Shown here piece by piece: positions 36,876 to 50,140 of a stretch of DNA of 64,000 nt (positions are counted from its first letter, which is position 1; every line of letters begins with the position of its first letter). The translations under genes and the position numbers were made by a program. This DNA comes from Felis catus (lineage: Eukaryota). The DNA is taken from assembly GCF_018350175.1 (NCBI RefSeq), contig NC_058368.1, positions 19,966,001-20,030,000 of the forward strand, in the 5' to 3' direction. The notes under the pieces are model-generated. The model was not told the origin of the DNA, ran no database searches, and saw only the letters and a list, made by a program, of their open reading frames with translations.

Positions 36876-39044
36876 CCCTTTGAAAGCACCATCGTTTTCA
36901 TATGGGCATAGGAGTAACCAGCCTCCAAGCTGGCCCCTAAATTTGAATGCTTGATCTACTACTTACAAACAGTGTGACCTGGGTACAGTCACCATCAGCA
37001 AATAGAAATAATGACAGTACTTACCTCAGAGTGTCGATGTGAGGATTGAATCAGATGGTGTAGGCAATGTGCTCAGAACAGTGTCTGATACTTAATAAGT
37101 ACTTATGCGAATGAGACATTTGGTTATTAGACATGAATTTAATATCATATCCATGTCACAGAGCTATCATTTTGAGACTGCCCTTTTATTGCATCCTATA
37201 CTTTCCAGTCATGCTTTTCCCTCTTTTTCCCCAAAATTATCACTGTGTAGCTATTGCTCAGCTTAGCTAAATGTACTTGCTTCACTTCCTGAAGGATTTC
37301 TCTGATAACTTGAACTGATGCAGCATTTTCTGTTTGCTATAAATTTCCCCACTTACAAGAAAGATTTTTAACATGCATGTACATTCAGGAAAGAAAAGAA
37401 AATGATACCTACCCTTCAGGAGGATTCTGGGTCAAGGAATTAGTAGGAACAAAGAGGGGTAGCTGTATCTCAAAGAACATTGTAGATATAAATCAAAGCG
37501 AAGGGGAAATAGGAAGTCACATGGCTACAGCTTTTGATTATCCTGATCAGGATTATTTATAGCAAATCCTGGCAGGCATTTCTGTTGAAGGTACTAAATG
37601 CATTGAAGAAATAACTTTAAAAAATACCCATCAAACTGCCGATGGCTAAGATAACATTCTCACTCTGAGATCCTCAAGGTGAGACTGAGAATACCAATAA
37701 TTATGGGAACCACAAGCCCAAAGATAATATAAGCCACCCCAGAAACCTATTTCACAGTTCAGGATCCCTTCCCGGTAGCATCCTCTTTAAGCTGAGGGGT
37801 CAGAGTTTACCTGCCAAGCCACTCTTCTCTCCAACACTAAACCACGGCTCTCCCCCAGAGTATGTCCTACTTCAGTTGTAAAATGCCAGAAGCACTGCCT
37901 TGAGTGGAAGGTGCTTGCTTTTATAGCAGCGTCTGCCAGCCTTAAGACTCTTGCTGCAGAATCCTGACAGCAGGACTTGTCACTCATCAGAAATCTGCAA
38001 CCCCCTCCCACCCCCACCCAAACTCTGCAAGGCTGAAGAGCTTAGAAGTCTCTGAAATGGCTCGTTCTCAATGTTTTCTCGGGATCAGGGAAGCTGTACC
38101 ATAGGTCTGATCGTTGACCAAAGAAATACACGGAGGCCTCACAAATCTGCCTCTACGTGATAATAAGAGGAGCAACAGCTCCGTATTCCCACCCCAGCTG
38201 CTCCTGAAACCTCAGAGCCTGTGCTTATTCACCACTTAGACATGTTTCCTTGACTATCAGAGACTACCTTTTTCTCTTCTGAAACCTAAAACTTATCCCT
38301 GCCAAGGCCACACAACCCCATCCTTAGAAATTCCTCAACACTGCAGGGACAGACCAAGTTTCAGAAACATAACCAATCTCTCTATGCCCCTCCTTATCCC
38401 AGGCTTACAGGAGTTTCCTCTGTAATTCTCATCACTAAAATATTTTCACTGAAAAAGACCACTAAATGCTCAGTTTGTCTCCACAGGCTCCCGGGATTGA
38501 TTTGGTTAGGTACCCGGAGTTGGATATTCTTGTCTTGGAGTCTTCTTTAAGCTAGAAACTCAGTGTAAGATATGGCTCTGGAGGTCAAGAAGTTCCTGAG
38601 AAGCTGGGCCACCAACAATGGATTGCTACTGACCTCCGGGCAGCACTAGGAGTATCACATGGCCAAGGAGCTGGGATTCTTTTGTATCTTGAGCATTTAG
38701 TTGAGGCTGCCAGATGTGCCAATCTTGAGAGGATCAAGAATCAGGGATGCTTCTCTCTTATCTCTAGGTGTGCTCACTTTCTTTATGCATAGATCAGCAT
38801 CTTGGCCAAAAAGTGTGTTGTTGGTTTTAGGCCTAGCTTAGTTTGATTATGAAAGGTTCTTTTTAATCAGTTGCAAGCAGGATCTGGGTAGGAGTCCAAG
38901 AACGGCGTAGAATTATGGCTGAAATTAAATTTTGCTGTTGATTCCAGTAAATAAAAAGAACTATTGATTGAGGCTAGGGCAACCTCAGTGTTCCCAGTCA
39001 GATTGCTAGTCAATACTTACTGTTCATATTAGGGTTTAGCAGAT

Positions 39045-39500
39045 ATATCAATCAGGGTCCCAACAAGAGAAGAACAGAACACTCAAATTAGGATAAGTTA
39101 GGAATATTTATAAGGGACTAATTATAAAATGCAGGCAGAGTTAAGAGAGCCATGTGGATAGGATTAATTCAGATATGGCAGAAGCTGAGCAGTTAACCAT
39201 TCTTGGCCCCAAAAGGGACAAGGCAAGGGAAAGTTATGGAGCCTGTAAGCATAGAGAATCATGTATAGCAGTTGCCTTGCGAGGACCTATGAGTGACGTT
39301 TGGATAAGAGTCAGATCCACCCTAAGGCAACCTTTCCCTGTCCTCTCTCCTTTGGGTCTCTTGCCAGACACCCCTTTGACTATACCCATCCTGAAGCCAA
39401 AGACATGGAGCCATACGGGGCAGCCTCTGGGGCTGAAAACAGAATGGAGATGGGTGGGGAGTGAATCTGGAGGAGCCAGTACCTATTATCTGGCACCCGT
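39045..39500. mobile_element. Old ERVL-type LTR
   Basis: tatatcaatcagggtccaacaagag...cactcaaattaggataagtt...ataagggacta resembles an ancient ERVL LTR terminus. Confidence 0.5.
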
Positions 39501-39906
39501 GGATTTCCAAAGCACAGTAGGACCTCCTTCTACTTACCCTTCTAATCAACCTAATTACGTGTCATCTCCCCTAGGTTTTTCTTAAACATGGCTGTCTCGC
39601 AAGGCTTCACGTCCCAGGACTCCCTCCACACTTCCTGCTGCCTCCCTCTCTTACCTATGGGTTTAATTCTCACCATAGTGCCTGGTTCCTAGGAATGTAG
39701 CCCCAGCTTCAAGCTAATCCAACTGCCTGAGTAACTTGACCCAGAGGGCCACTGATACTATAAAATCAATAGGTCCCCAAACAAATCCATAACCTTCCAT
39801 TACCACAACTCCAAACTGGCTCCTCCTCCTAACTTACACTATTCTGTTAATAGGACCATCATTGTCCCAATTATCAATTACTCTAAGCTCAGTCATGCTC
39901 ATCTGT

Positions 39907-40032
39907 CCTCTCCTTCTCCTTCTTCTCCTTCTCCTTCTTCCTCTTCCTCTTCTTCTTCCCCTTCTCCTTCTTCCTCTTCCTCTTCTTCTTCCCCTTCTCC
40001 TCCTTCTCTTCCTTCTTCTTCCTTTCCCCTCC
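39907..40032. repeat. Pure polypyrimidine (CTT/CTC) tract with a 33-bp tandem duplication
   Basis: Only C and T over about 125 nt; cttctccttcttcctcttcctcttcttcttccc occurs at 39928-39960 and 39961-39993. Confidence 0.9.
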
Positions 40033-41199
40033 ATTTGTTGCAAAGTCCTGTACCTTCTTCCAGTGTGCTTTTCTACTACGTGTTCAGTCTCATGATTGTC
40101 CTAGTTATGGGCCTTTACTTCTTACTTAAACTGTTGTAATAAGTTCCTAAATGTAACCCTAGCTCCAATCCACTCTGTACTCATTCCAATGCACAAATAT
40201 TTAAGTGTGCTGCACCAAGTTGCCTCATTGATACAGACATAATTGTTGTCCCTGTCCTCTTTGAAATAGAACATTGGAAGGGAGAGAAATCTTCCAAAAG
40301 CAGTGCGTTTAGCACATACCCCTCATTTTGCATATGACAACCTGGGGCACAGAGAAACTGCTAGTCGGTATAATCTGTCCCGAAATCCCAGTGCTCTGAA
40401 AAGCCATTGATGATTCCTCCTCACCCTTCTAATTAGTACAGCATAAATTCTGCAGCCTGCCATTCTAGGCGATGCCTTCAACATGTTCTCAACTCATCTT
40501 TTTAGATGCAACTACTCTATATATAGCCAATTCTCTACCTAAAGTCAACATTCTGGAATATGACTTGCAATTGGCCTCATTAGTGTCTTCGCTCATCCTT
40601 TCTCCTACTTGAAGTGGCCTCCTCTCCCTTGCTTCCCATGGTACCTGCTGAACATCTAACCACCTTTCAGAGCATATGCCACGGCATTCTTCCTTTGCAT
40701 CCTCTTTCACAAAGTTCTTTACAACGCTGTTCTGAAATTTCCCCAACCAGATGTGATCGTTCTCTTTTTTAAATCTCTAAAAAACTTTCAGCACTGTTAT
40801 TTTACCCAGACCTTTCGAGTATTTGCTTGTTGTAATTTGGATGCTTGTCCTAAGCCATAAGCTTCTTCTAAGCATGGACTATGCCATTTTCTTCAACTGT
40901 GTATCTCCTGTGGTATTAATGCAGTGCATTTTACAGAAATATTTTTAATTCCATAACTATTTTTAAATTTTGCCTTCTGATACTTTTTTTTTTCTTTAGA
41001 AAGAACTGACTCTGCCCATACTTCTCCAACATAACTGTGTTTCACGTGTGTTCCTCTTAGGAGGAATGAAGTTTCGTTGTTAATGTTGGTCTCTTGTCTA
41101 CTAAGATGAAGGTGCCCACCGAGCATGTTTCATTCCCCTGGTGCCTTACCACTCTCCTTGTCGAATTGGTGGGAGAGAAAGGTAAAGTCTACTCTCTAT

Positions 41200-41394
41200 A
41201 TTTTTTTAATTTTAGAGAGAATGAGGTGGGGGGAAGAGAGTGCCTATGTGAGGGGCAGAGGGAGATGAAAGAGAGAGAGAGAGAGAGAGAAAATCTTAAG
41301 CCCATTGTGGGGTTCAATCCCACGACCCTGGAATCATGACATGAGCCAAAATCAAGAATTGGATGATCAACTAACTGAGCCACCCAGGCACCCC
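41200..41394 (-). mobile_element. Can-SINE (older)
   Basis: Antisense copy; TSD-like aagtcta(c/g)tct. Confidence 0.9.
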
Positions 41395-41924
41395 AAGTCT
41401 AGTCTATTCTGTAAGCGAATTTGTTTTTGGCGGTTAAATTATGTGTGTAACATATGTTGAAGAAATGAATGAATAGTTGAAAGGATGCATGCTTGTTATG
41501 ACTGCCACTAGGCGTGCTTTCTGTCTCATTGGACACATTTCTTTTCAAATCCTATCTCTGCTACTACTTGGCCGAAAGATCTTGGAGAAGTCACTTAATC
41601 TCTTTGAACCTTAGAGAGTATGGACTAGGTTGAAATTTTCAAACTTCTCTTTTAAGCCAAGGATCTCTTATCAAACAAAGTCTTACTCAGACATGCACTA
41701 TGTAATAGCAATGAGATCAGAGGCAGAAGTAGTTTGGTTGAAAACTGGGGAAGGAGCTTTGAGGAATGAGGTGTGAAAACCAATGGACAAGTCCATTCCA
41801 TATCTAACTCCTCTATTAACCACTTTATCAAAGACTACAGTCAGAGCTACAAGACTCACACTACCACTGCCTGGTAGGACCTTCTAAAATTCTCATTGAC
41901 TGAGGGCATTAAAAATGAGAGACA

Positions 41925-42445
41925 GATGCCACTTCACACCCATTAGGATGGCTACCATAAAGGAAAAAAAAATAGAAAATAACAAACATTGGCATGGATG
42001 TAGAGATACTGGAATCCTTATTTATTGCTGATGGGAAGGTAAAATGGTGCAGCTGCTGTGGAAAACAGTATGGTGTTCCTCAAAAAAATCAAACACAGAA
42101 TTACTATATAATCCAGCAATTCCACCTCTAGGTATATACCCAAAAGAATTGAAAATAGGGACTTGAATAAACGTGCACACCCATGTTCAGAGCTGCAGAA
42201 GTTTCTGTGCAGTCAAAATACGGAAGGAAACCAAGTATCCATTGACAGATGAATGGATAATTCAGTGGAATGTTATTCAAGGTCCAGAGGGAGGAAGTAA
42301 TGGGGAGTTAATGCATCCAGTGTTTGAGTTGGGGATGATAGAGAGTGATGATAGTTGCACAGCAATGAGAATGTAGTTAATGCTACTGAATTGTACACTT
42401 AAAAATAGTTAAAATAGTAAATTTATTTTGTGTATATTTTATCAC
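41925..42445 (+). mobile_element. L1 3' fragment, internally deleted
   Basis: cacttcacacccattaggatggctacc...ccagcaattccacctctaggtatatacccaaaagaattgaaa...gaattgtacacttaaaaatagttaaaatagtaaattt. Confidence 0.88.
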
Positions 42446-42590
42446 AGGAAGAAATAGAAATAGACTTGTATTTATCAGTTTTGGAGTTTTTGCAATGTGG
42501 AGAAAATCTGCAAAGTGTATGTAGGACCCAGAATGAGTTTCAAGATATTTAATGATAACGGGGTTCTCCATTTTAATATAGGGAATTCCC

Positions 42591-42790
42591 TTTCTTTAAA
42601 ATGTTTATTTTGAGAGAGAAAGGTGAAGGGAGGGACAGAGAAAGAGGGAGACAGAGAATCCCAAGCAGGCTCTGTGATGTCAGCGCAGAGCTCAATGCAG
42701 GGCTCAGTCTCATGAACCGAACTGTGAGATCATGACCTGAGCCGAAACCAAGAGTCAGACGCTTAACCAACTGAGCCACCCAGCCACCCC
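42591..42790 (-). mobile_element. Can-SINE
   Basis: Antisense copy; TSD tatagggaatt. Confidence 0.93.
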
Positions 42791-44329
42791 ACTATAGGGA
42801 ATTTCTGAAGTGCTGATCTCAGGCTGAAGCTCATACTCACTGGGCAAAGACATGCAAAGCACTAAATCAGTGATCATCCCGGTGGCTTCTAGGGCCGGAC
42901 AGGTTATTCCTCATTCACTACAGTGGTCTCTGAAGTCTAAGTCTCCAGGTCTTAGTTTCCATCAGAAACCAGGAGAGAATTTCAGGAACGAAGCTAAGGA
43001 CTGTGACCACATGCCAACACATAATCAGGCTTGCCTAGGAAAGGGTCAAGGAGTCCAGAAGTGGCTCTCACAGCCCTGTATCAAACCACACAAGGGAGTT
43101 CGGTCACGGGAACTCTGACTGCGGCAGCATTCAGCAATTGTGGCCATAAGTAAGGGAGTAATTTTCGGGCCACAAGTTGGAGCCAAGACTGGCACCTCCC
43201 AGGGAAAGCACAGACTGGGTCTGTAGGTTTAGCCTGTCCTTTATACCTAAGCTATATCTGAAAAATCTTACCGTTTAACAATTAACAGACTTTCCTATCC
43301 CCTGCTGTCTGTTAGTTTGGCTGTCCTAACACTAAACAATATTAAAGTATACGTTTAGGCAGTTCAAGGCCAATATAGCAGCTTTACAACGACCAAGACT
43401 CAGGCTTTTACTCTGATTGCTCTGCTATGCTAGGGTGTGGTCCTTGTCATCATGATCCAAGACGTCTAATTATATTCAGCAGAAAAATAGAAAAAAGGGG
43501 GAGGGAAACATGTTCTTTCTCTTTAAAGTTACAACACCCAACTCACATACATTGCTCTGCACCCCAAGACCATGCAACACGCAGATGCAAGGGAGTCTGC
43601 ATGATGGAATCAATTCTGAGAGTCTGTATGTCCTGCTAAAATTCTGGGGCCTGCTTGCTGAAGGAAAATAGGAACTCCCTAACCTGAGCGTTCCGTCTAC
43701 TTGAAATACTGGTGGTTGCTGGCACTCTCCCAAGGTGGGTGGGTGCCCTAGATCTCGAGTATTCAGCCTAGTCAACAGTCTGTGTCTTGGGTGGATCTTC
43801 TGTTTGTAGGGCTGCCTTACACACTTGCCTCCTTGTGTGCTGAATCTTAGATCCACAGACGGGTTATGCTCTGAGATTATCAGCTACCACCTCACCCTGA
43901 AGATCTGTCTTCATTCCTAAGCCTGGCGGGACATAATATGGCTCGTTTCCACACAAACTGCCTGGAGATCAGTGGAATTAAATACAATTTTCAAACTATG
44001 TATTTCACAATGAGCATGCACATTCCCTATCAATTCAGTAAGAAAATTACTATCCTCATTTTACTGTTGAGGAAAATTATTATCCTCATGAGGTAATAGA
44101 GGCTCAGCGATGTGAAGTCACTTTCACTAGGTAGCTCAGTGGCAGGAGTGGGATAGCATACTTCTTCGTAAGGAAATTACTACAAATACAAGCCACTGCC
44201 GTAAGAAGGGTTTTTGAAGAATTCAAGGAATCTATAGTAAAAAACTAACTACTTCTGACTAGAATGGTGACAGATTAGGGAGGACATGGACCACATCCCT
44301 CTTGTCTTGATAGGTCTTGATATGGCTAG

Positions 44330-45581
44330 TGTAGTAAGCTTATCCAGAGAACAGAACTAATAGGATGTCCCGGTGGAGGGAGGGAGGAAGAGGAAGAGTG
44401 AGAGTGAGAGGAAGTGAGAGAGAGAGAGAAAGAGAGAGGAGAGAGAAAGAAAGCGATGGTTTCGAGAAATTGGTTCAAATGATCGTGGAGGCTGGAAGTC
44501 TGAATTCTGCAGGACAGGTAGGCAGGCTTGAGATCCAGGGAAGATGGTATTGCAGCTTAAATCTGAAGGCAGGCTTGAGGCAGAATTCCTTTTTCCTTGG
44601 GAGACCTTAATCTTTCTCTTTAAATGTTTTCAACTGATTAGATGAGGCCCATCCACATTATGGAGGATAATCTGCTCCACTTAAAGTCTGCTGATGGAAA
44701 TGTTAATCTCATCTAAAAATACCTTTCCAGGGGCGCCTGGGTGGCTCAGTCAGTAGAGCATCCGACTTCGGCTCAGGTCATGATCTCACAGTTGGTGAGT
44801 TTGAGCCCTGCATCGGGCTCTGTGCGGACAGTTCAGAGCCTGGAGCCTGCTTCAGATTCTGTGTCTTCCTCTCTTTCTGCCCCTCCCCCACTCACACTCT
44901 GTCTCTCTCAAAAATAACTATTTTTAAAAAATAAATAAAAAATAATAAATAAATAAATAAATAAATAAATAAAATTAAAATAAAATAAAAAACAAAAACA
45001 AAAATACCTTTCCAGGGACGCCTGGGTGGCTCAGTTGGTTAAACGTCCAACTTTGACTCAGCTCTCGGTTGGTGGGTTCGAGCCCCGCGCTGGGCTCTGT
45101 GCTGACAGCTCAGAACCTGGAGCCTGCTTTGGATTCATTGTCTCCCTCTCTCGCTGCCCCTTTCCTGCTCATGCTCTGTCTCTCTCAAAAAAAAAAAAAA
45201 AAAAGAAAAAGGGGCGCCTGGGTGGCGCAGTCGGTTAAGCGTCTGACTTCAGCCAGGTCACGATCTCGCGGTCCGTGAGTTCGAGCCCCGCATCAGGCTC
45301 TGGGCTGATGGCTCAGAGCCTGGAGCCTGTTTCCAATTCTGTGACTCCCTCTATCTCTGCCCCTCCCCCGTTCATGCTCTGTCTCTCTCTGTCCCAAAAA
45401 TAAATAAATGTTCAAAAAAAGAAAAATTAAAAAAAAGAAAAATTAAAAAAAAATAAAAAAAACAATAAAAAAAAAACTTTTTTTTTAATTAAAAATTCCT
45501 TTCCAACGACATCTAGACTGATGCTTACCAAATGTATGAGTACTGTGCTAGCCACGCTGACGCATAATATTAGCCATCACA
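44330..45581 (-). mobile_element. MLT2 LTR (antisense), split by three SINEs
   Basis: tgtagtaagcttatccagagaacagaactaatagga...tgattagatgaggcccatccacattatggaggataatctgc...ttagccatcaca; 5-bp flanks gctag/gctaa. Confidence 0.85.
44730..45490 (+). mobile_element. Three tandem Can-SINEs (44730-45000, 45015-45210, 45211-45490)
   Basis: Three SINE heads; the target aaaaatacctttcca recurs at 44715, 45000 and (one mismatch) 45491. Confidence 0.95.
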
Positions 45582-45809
45582 GCTAAGAAGAAGAGAGGCA
45601 GATTTGGGTAAGCTTTGAATGCTAGATGAATTGGTTTGGCTTTATTAAATTATCAAATTATGAAATATATATAATAATACCTGAGGCATGGGAGGCACTC
45701 AAATCATAATTTCCTTTCTCTATAAAAAGATTTTGCAAGGAATCAGGCAAGGAGAAGGAATATGAGTTAGAAATCTATTGCCATGCATTAGGCATGAAGG
45801 AATAGATTC

Positions 45810-46015
45810 ATCACTTACTATGTGTCAGGCACAAATATATGCATTAGATACATTATCTTATTCAATACTCATAACCACCCTACAAAGTAGGTGTGACTTG
45901 ACCAATGAAGAACTGAGACATTCTCCCCTACCCCACCCCAAATGAACTTGCCCAAGACCTTATGGCTAGGAAATGGTAGAGAGGGAATTCAAACCCAGGT
46001 CTTCTGATTCCAACC
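45810..46015 (-). mobile_element. MIR
   Basis: cacttactatgtgtcaggcac...cataaccaccctacaaagtagg...ggaattcaaacccaggtcttctgattcc. Confidence 0.75.
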
Positions 46016-46066
46016 TATGCTGTCATCAGTGAAGGTGGTGGCAGCAGAAATAAGAAGGAAGGTCAC

Positions 46067-46263
46067 AGGGGTGCCTGGGTGGCTCAGTGGGTTAAGCCTC
46101 TGACTCTTGATTTCAGCTCAGGTTTGTGAGTTTGAGCCCTGCGTCGGGCTCTGCACTGACAGCGTGGAGCCTCCTTGGGATTCTCTCTCTGCCTCTCCCC
46201 TGCTCACTCTCTCTGTTCCTCTCTCAGAATAAATAATAAACAAACTTTAAAAAATTTTTAAAA
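46067..46263 (+). mobile_element. Can-SINE
   Basis: SINE head, CT tract, A tail. Confidence 0.92.
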
Positions 46264-46481
46264 AGGAGGAGCATAGAGTCCAATAGCATTGTGGAACTGA
46301 AAGAATTTAGCAATTCATCAGATATCATAGTGACAGAGCTAAAGACAGTTGCGGAATTTTTAGTCTGGATGGATTTTTTTAACAGGAGAAAACAGGAAAC
46401 TTCTAGAAAAAATAGGGTAGTCCTTATGAGAAGCTGGTTTTAGAAGAATCAGAGAGTTTTGGCTTCATTCAAGAAATATTC

Positions 46482-46707
46482 GGGGCGCCTGGGTGGCGCA
46501 GTCGGTTAAGCGTCCGACTTCAGCCAGGTCATGATCTCGCGGTCCGTGAGTTCGAGCCCCGCGTCGGGCTCTGGGCTGATGGCTCGGAGCCTGGAGCCTG
46601 TTTCCGATTCTGTGTCTCCCTCTCTCTCTGCCCCTCCCCCGTTCATGCTCTGTCTCTCTCTGTCCCAAAAATAAATAAACGTTGAGAAAAAAAAAATTAA
46701 AAAAAAA
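46482..46707 (+). mobile_element. Young feline SINE (SINEC_Fc-type)
   Basis: CpG-intact copy; perfect TSD aagaaatattc. Confidence 0.96.
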
Positions 46708-46715
46708 AAGAAATA

Positions 46716-47330
46716 TTCATTCAATTATATTTGTGTGGTAGGCCTTGTTCTAGACCCTGGGGATCCACCAGTAAATAAAACAGACTAACATCTCTGTCCC
46801 CACACTTTCCAGTGTGGAGAGATTAAAACAAAACAAAACAACAAATAAGTAAACTGAAGTTGATGTCAATGATAAGTGTTGTGGAATGAAAAAATGGGGA
46901 AGGGGGATTCAAGGTGGTCAGAAAAGTACTCACGGAGAAGTCATTCAAGGAAAGACCTCAAGGAGGGTACAAGGGTCATGCAGGTGTCTGGAAGTAAGCA
47001 TTCCAGCCAGAGGAAACAATGAGAAGAGTGAACAAGGAAAAGAAGAGGAAGAGACGAGGTCAAGGTCTCATCGGGTGGGATCTTACAGATCATAAGAGAT
47101 TTGGCTTTATTCTGCATGAAATGGGATGCCATTGAGGGGCTTTGTGTACGACTGTGTCAGGATGTGACTTCCATTTTAAAGGCACCACTATGGCTGCTGT
47201 GTTCAGAAGAGTGAGGTGGGGTAAGGGTGGGGGGTTGGGCCAGGCTGGAGCAAAGAGAAGTCACTGAATACGTTTTGAACATAGACTAGATTTGTTGATT
47301 GTTTGGATGTGAGAAGGAAATGTGTGCATT
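46716..47330 (-). mobile_element. L2 (antisense)
   Basis: gcattccagccagaggaaaca...ggctttattctgcatgaaatgggatgccattgagggg. Confidence 0.75.
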
Positions 47331-47339
47331 TAAAGAAGT

Positions 47340-47967
47340 GTTTTTTAAGTTTATTTTCTCGGGTGGAGGGGGGTAGGGGCAGAGGGAGAGGGACAATCCC
47401 AAGTAGGCTCCACAATCAGCATGGAGACCAATGCGGGGCCCCATTGCATGATTCTTGGATCATGACCTGAGCCCAAATCAAGAGTGGACACTTAGATGGC
47501 TGAGTCACCCAGACTCCCCTTGAGTAGAATTTTTGTATTTAAGTGGCAATTCCTAAAATATTTTTTTTTCTACGTTTATTTATTTTTGGGACAGAGAGAG
47601 ACAGAGCATGAACGGGGGAGGGGCAGAGAGAGAGGGAGACACAGAATCGGAAACAGGCTCCAGGCTCCGAGCCATCAGCCCAGAGCCTGACGCGGGGCTG
47701 GAACTCACGGACCGCGAGATCATGACCTGGCTGAAGTCGGACGCTTAACCGACTGCGCCACCCAGGCGCCCCCCTAAAATATTTTTTTAGGTTTATTTAT
47801 TCATTTCAAGAGAGACAGAGAGAGAGAGGGAGAGAGAGAATCCTAAGCAGGCTTCGCACTGCCAGCATGGAGCCTCATGTGGGCTTGAACTCATGAAATT
47901 TGAGATCATGACCTGAGCCCAGACCAAGAGTCTGATGCTCAACTGAATGAGCCCCCCAGGTGCCCCT
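47340..47967 (-). mobile_element. Three antisense Can-SINEs (47340-47520, young copy 47560-47772, 47780-47967)
   Basis: Three heads; the young copy is flanked by TSD cctaaaatatttttt inside the tail of the third. Confidence 0.93.
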
Positions 47968-48555
47968 TAGGTGGCAGTTTCTAATAGTCCTTGGAAACAT
48001 GATGACTGGAGGACAAGCAAGGGGACAATGCTGGAGACAGAGGTTTGAGAAACTTTCACTGTAGTGCCAGTAAGATGACTTTTAAGAACGTGTCCGGATA
48101 GAGGATGTATGTGCCTGATGCAAAGGTATAGCTAAAGAACATAATGGAGGATATTGAATCTTGAGCCGTGTGAAGGTTCAGGGTGTGGAAGAGGCACCAA
48201 GAGAGACACATAGGGGAACAGAATTGATGAATTCCGATTCACTAGATCTTGTACTTTGTGATTCAGTCTTTGAAAGGGAATGAATCAACATAGTACTATT
48301 GCTGCTATGTTTAGATATCTACTAATGGTGATATTACTAAAATCCATTTGTGATTCAAGCATTTGATCATTTGAATCATCACATAAATCATCTGACAGTC
48401 ACAGAACTTTGATTTAGCAAATTGGAAGGGTAACTGGTATCCTTTTGTCTTTTTAGTTCCTGCTGAATTTGTACTTATGAAAAACACGGTCCATCCACCT
48501 GTGATGAGCTATTCTGTTCTTCTCACGGGCACTAACCTCGTTCTTGTTTGGATTC

Positions 48556-48583
48556 AGTTGTTGTTGTTGTTGTTGTTGTTGTT
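48556..48583. repeat. (GTT)n microsatellite
   Basis: Direct observation. Confidence 0.9.
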
Positions 48584-49289
48584 TTATATATAAAACACTA
48601 AGATTAATTTAATATTCACTTTTGGGCTTTTCAAGTCTTAATAGAAGTAAAACTTGTTTTCATTGGCTTTTCCTTTACAGGCTCAAAAGACTGAATTACA
48701 GTTAAAAATGAGTGTTATACAAACAAGGCGCTCTGTGTGCAAACAACAAATCCAAGATTTCACTGCAGAGCAGAGAGCCTCCTCTTTTACAGAAAGAAGC
48801 ATTTAACTGTTCAGAATGTTCCACGTCTCCACTGATAGGCTCAAGGCTCACCGACCCCACGGAAGTGCAGTGTTGCACAAATGTTTTTAAGTTAGTAATG
48901 ATCTCTCCTCAGTTGTATCTCACCAGCTATGATCACCACGGTTCAAACCCACCGTTATAATTTGGTCAGACCTCCTCTGCATCCCTTCACCGAATAAAGT
49001 GTCCACCTTACGCTCTTCCTTTTTGACGGCCCACACTAGTTGTCTGAAACCTGGGTATGCTTCCTGCTCCCACTCCATCTTCTCTTAACTGCTTCATCCG
49101 AATGCATCTAATGACTGAGAGCAGGCTTACAACATGGCCGTCGTCATGAAGAAACATCTTCAGACACATAATGGATTCCAGACCGAATATTTTTAAATGT
49201 AGAAGCCTCAGGTATTTAAGAACGTATTTGTACATCCTCTTACCCACTCCAATTAATATAAAATGAAGGGCTTGAGTGAATTTGTAATA

Positions 49290-49510
49290 GCAGCAGCCAA
49301 CATTGAGAGCTTACCATATGCCAAGCACATCATATATTTTAACTTGTTTAACCCTTACAACAAAATTCTGTGAGGCAGGTATTAGTATGCCCGTTTTACA
49401 GGTGGGGCAACTGAGTCTTAGGCCACTTAACTGACATAGCTGTGGTCATTCAGCCAGAAATTCGCTTTGAGCTCCAGCTGTGTGGCTCCACAGCCCACAC
49501 AGAACCCCTA
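49290..49510 (-). mobile_element. MIR
   Basis: cccgttttacaggtggggcaactgagtc. Confidence 0.7.
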
Positions 49511-49569
49511 GACTCCTCTGCCTCTGTACTTCTTCACAACACGTCATTTACTTGTAATTGATGGGTCCC

Positions 49570-49775
49570 TTGGGTTTCTCAAGGGTGAGCGCGCCATTGG
49601 CATTTCATGGTTGTTCAGTGCCAAACTTAGCAGGATGTTTCATATTCCTAGCTCCTGGCACTGAATGTCAGTAGTTCCCTGCTGCACATCTCCCTTCTGT
49701 CCCTGAGAAACCAAAAGTGCCCTTGTACATTTCCAAAAACGTCCCAGTTAACAGTCTCCACTTGAGAATTATCAA
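49570..49775. mobile_element. hAT-Charlie MITE relic (MER20/MER5-like)
   Basis: Terminal gtttctcaa...ttgagaatt inverted motif; gcaggatgttt...gtacatttccaaa. Confidence 0.5.
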
Positions 49776-49923
49776 CTGAATTTAAAATAAAAATAAATAA
49801 ATACATACATTCTCTCTCTCTCTCTCTCTCTCTCCCCCCCCCATCTATCTATCTCATCACCACTTTTCTAAAAGTTTCATGAGTTTTATAAGTTTGTAAC
49901 TTTAAAAAACTTTTATAGCTTTA

Positions 49924-50140
49924 GAGGCACCTGGGTGGCTCAGTCAGTTGAGTGACCGACTTTAGCTTGGGTCATGATCTCAATGGTTCGTGAGATGGAG
50001 CCCCACGTTGGGCTTGCTGCTGTCAGTGCAGAGCCCGCTTTGGATCCTCTGCTCCCCTCTCTCTGCCCATCCCCCTCATGTTCTCCCTCTCCCTCTCTTG
50101 CTCTCTCTCTCTCAAAAATAAATAAGCATTAAAAAAAAAA
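49924..50140 (+). mobile_element. Can-SINE
   Basis: Full copy; TSD-like aaaaaactttt. Confidence 0.92.

Noticed and set aside
37330..38990. Possible ancient retroelement internal sequence
   Set aside because: No ORF or motif I can assign, so it is left unannotated.
39834..40095. Arg-rich (protamine-like) and Leu-rich ORFs
   Set aside because: Artefacts of the CTT/CTC simple repeat.
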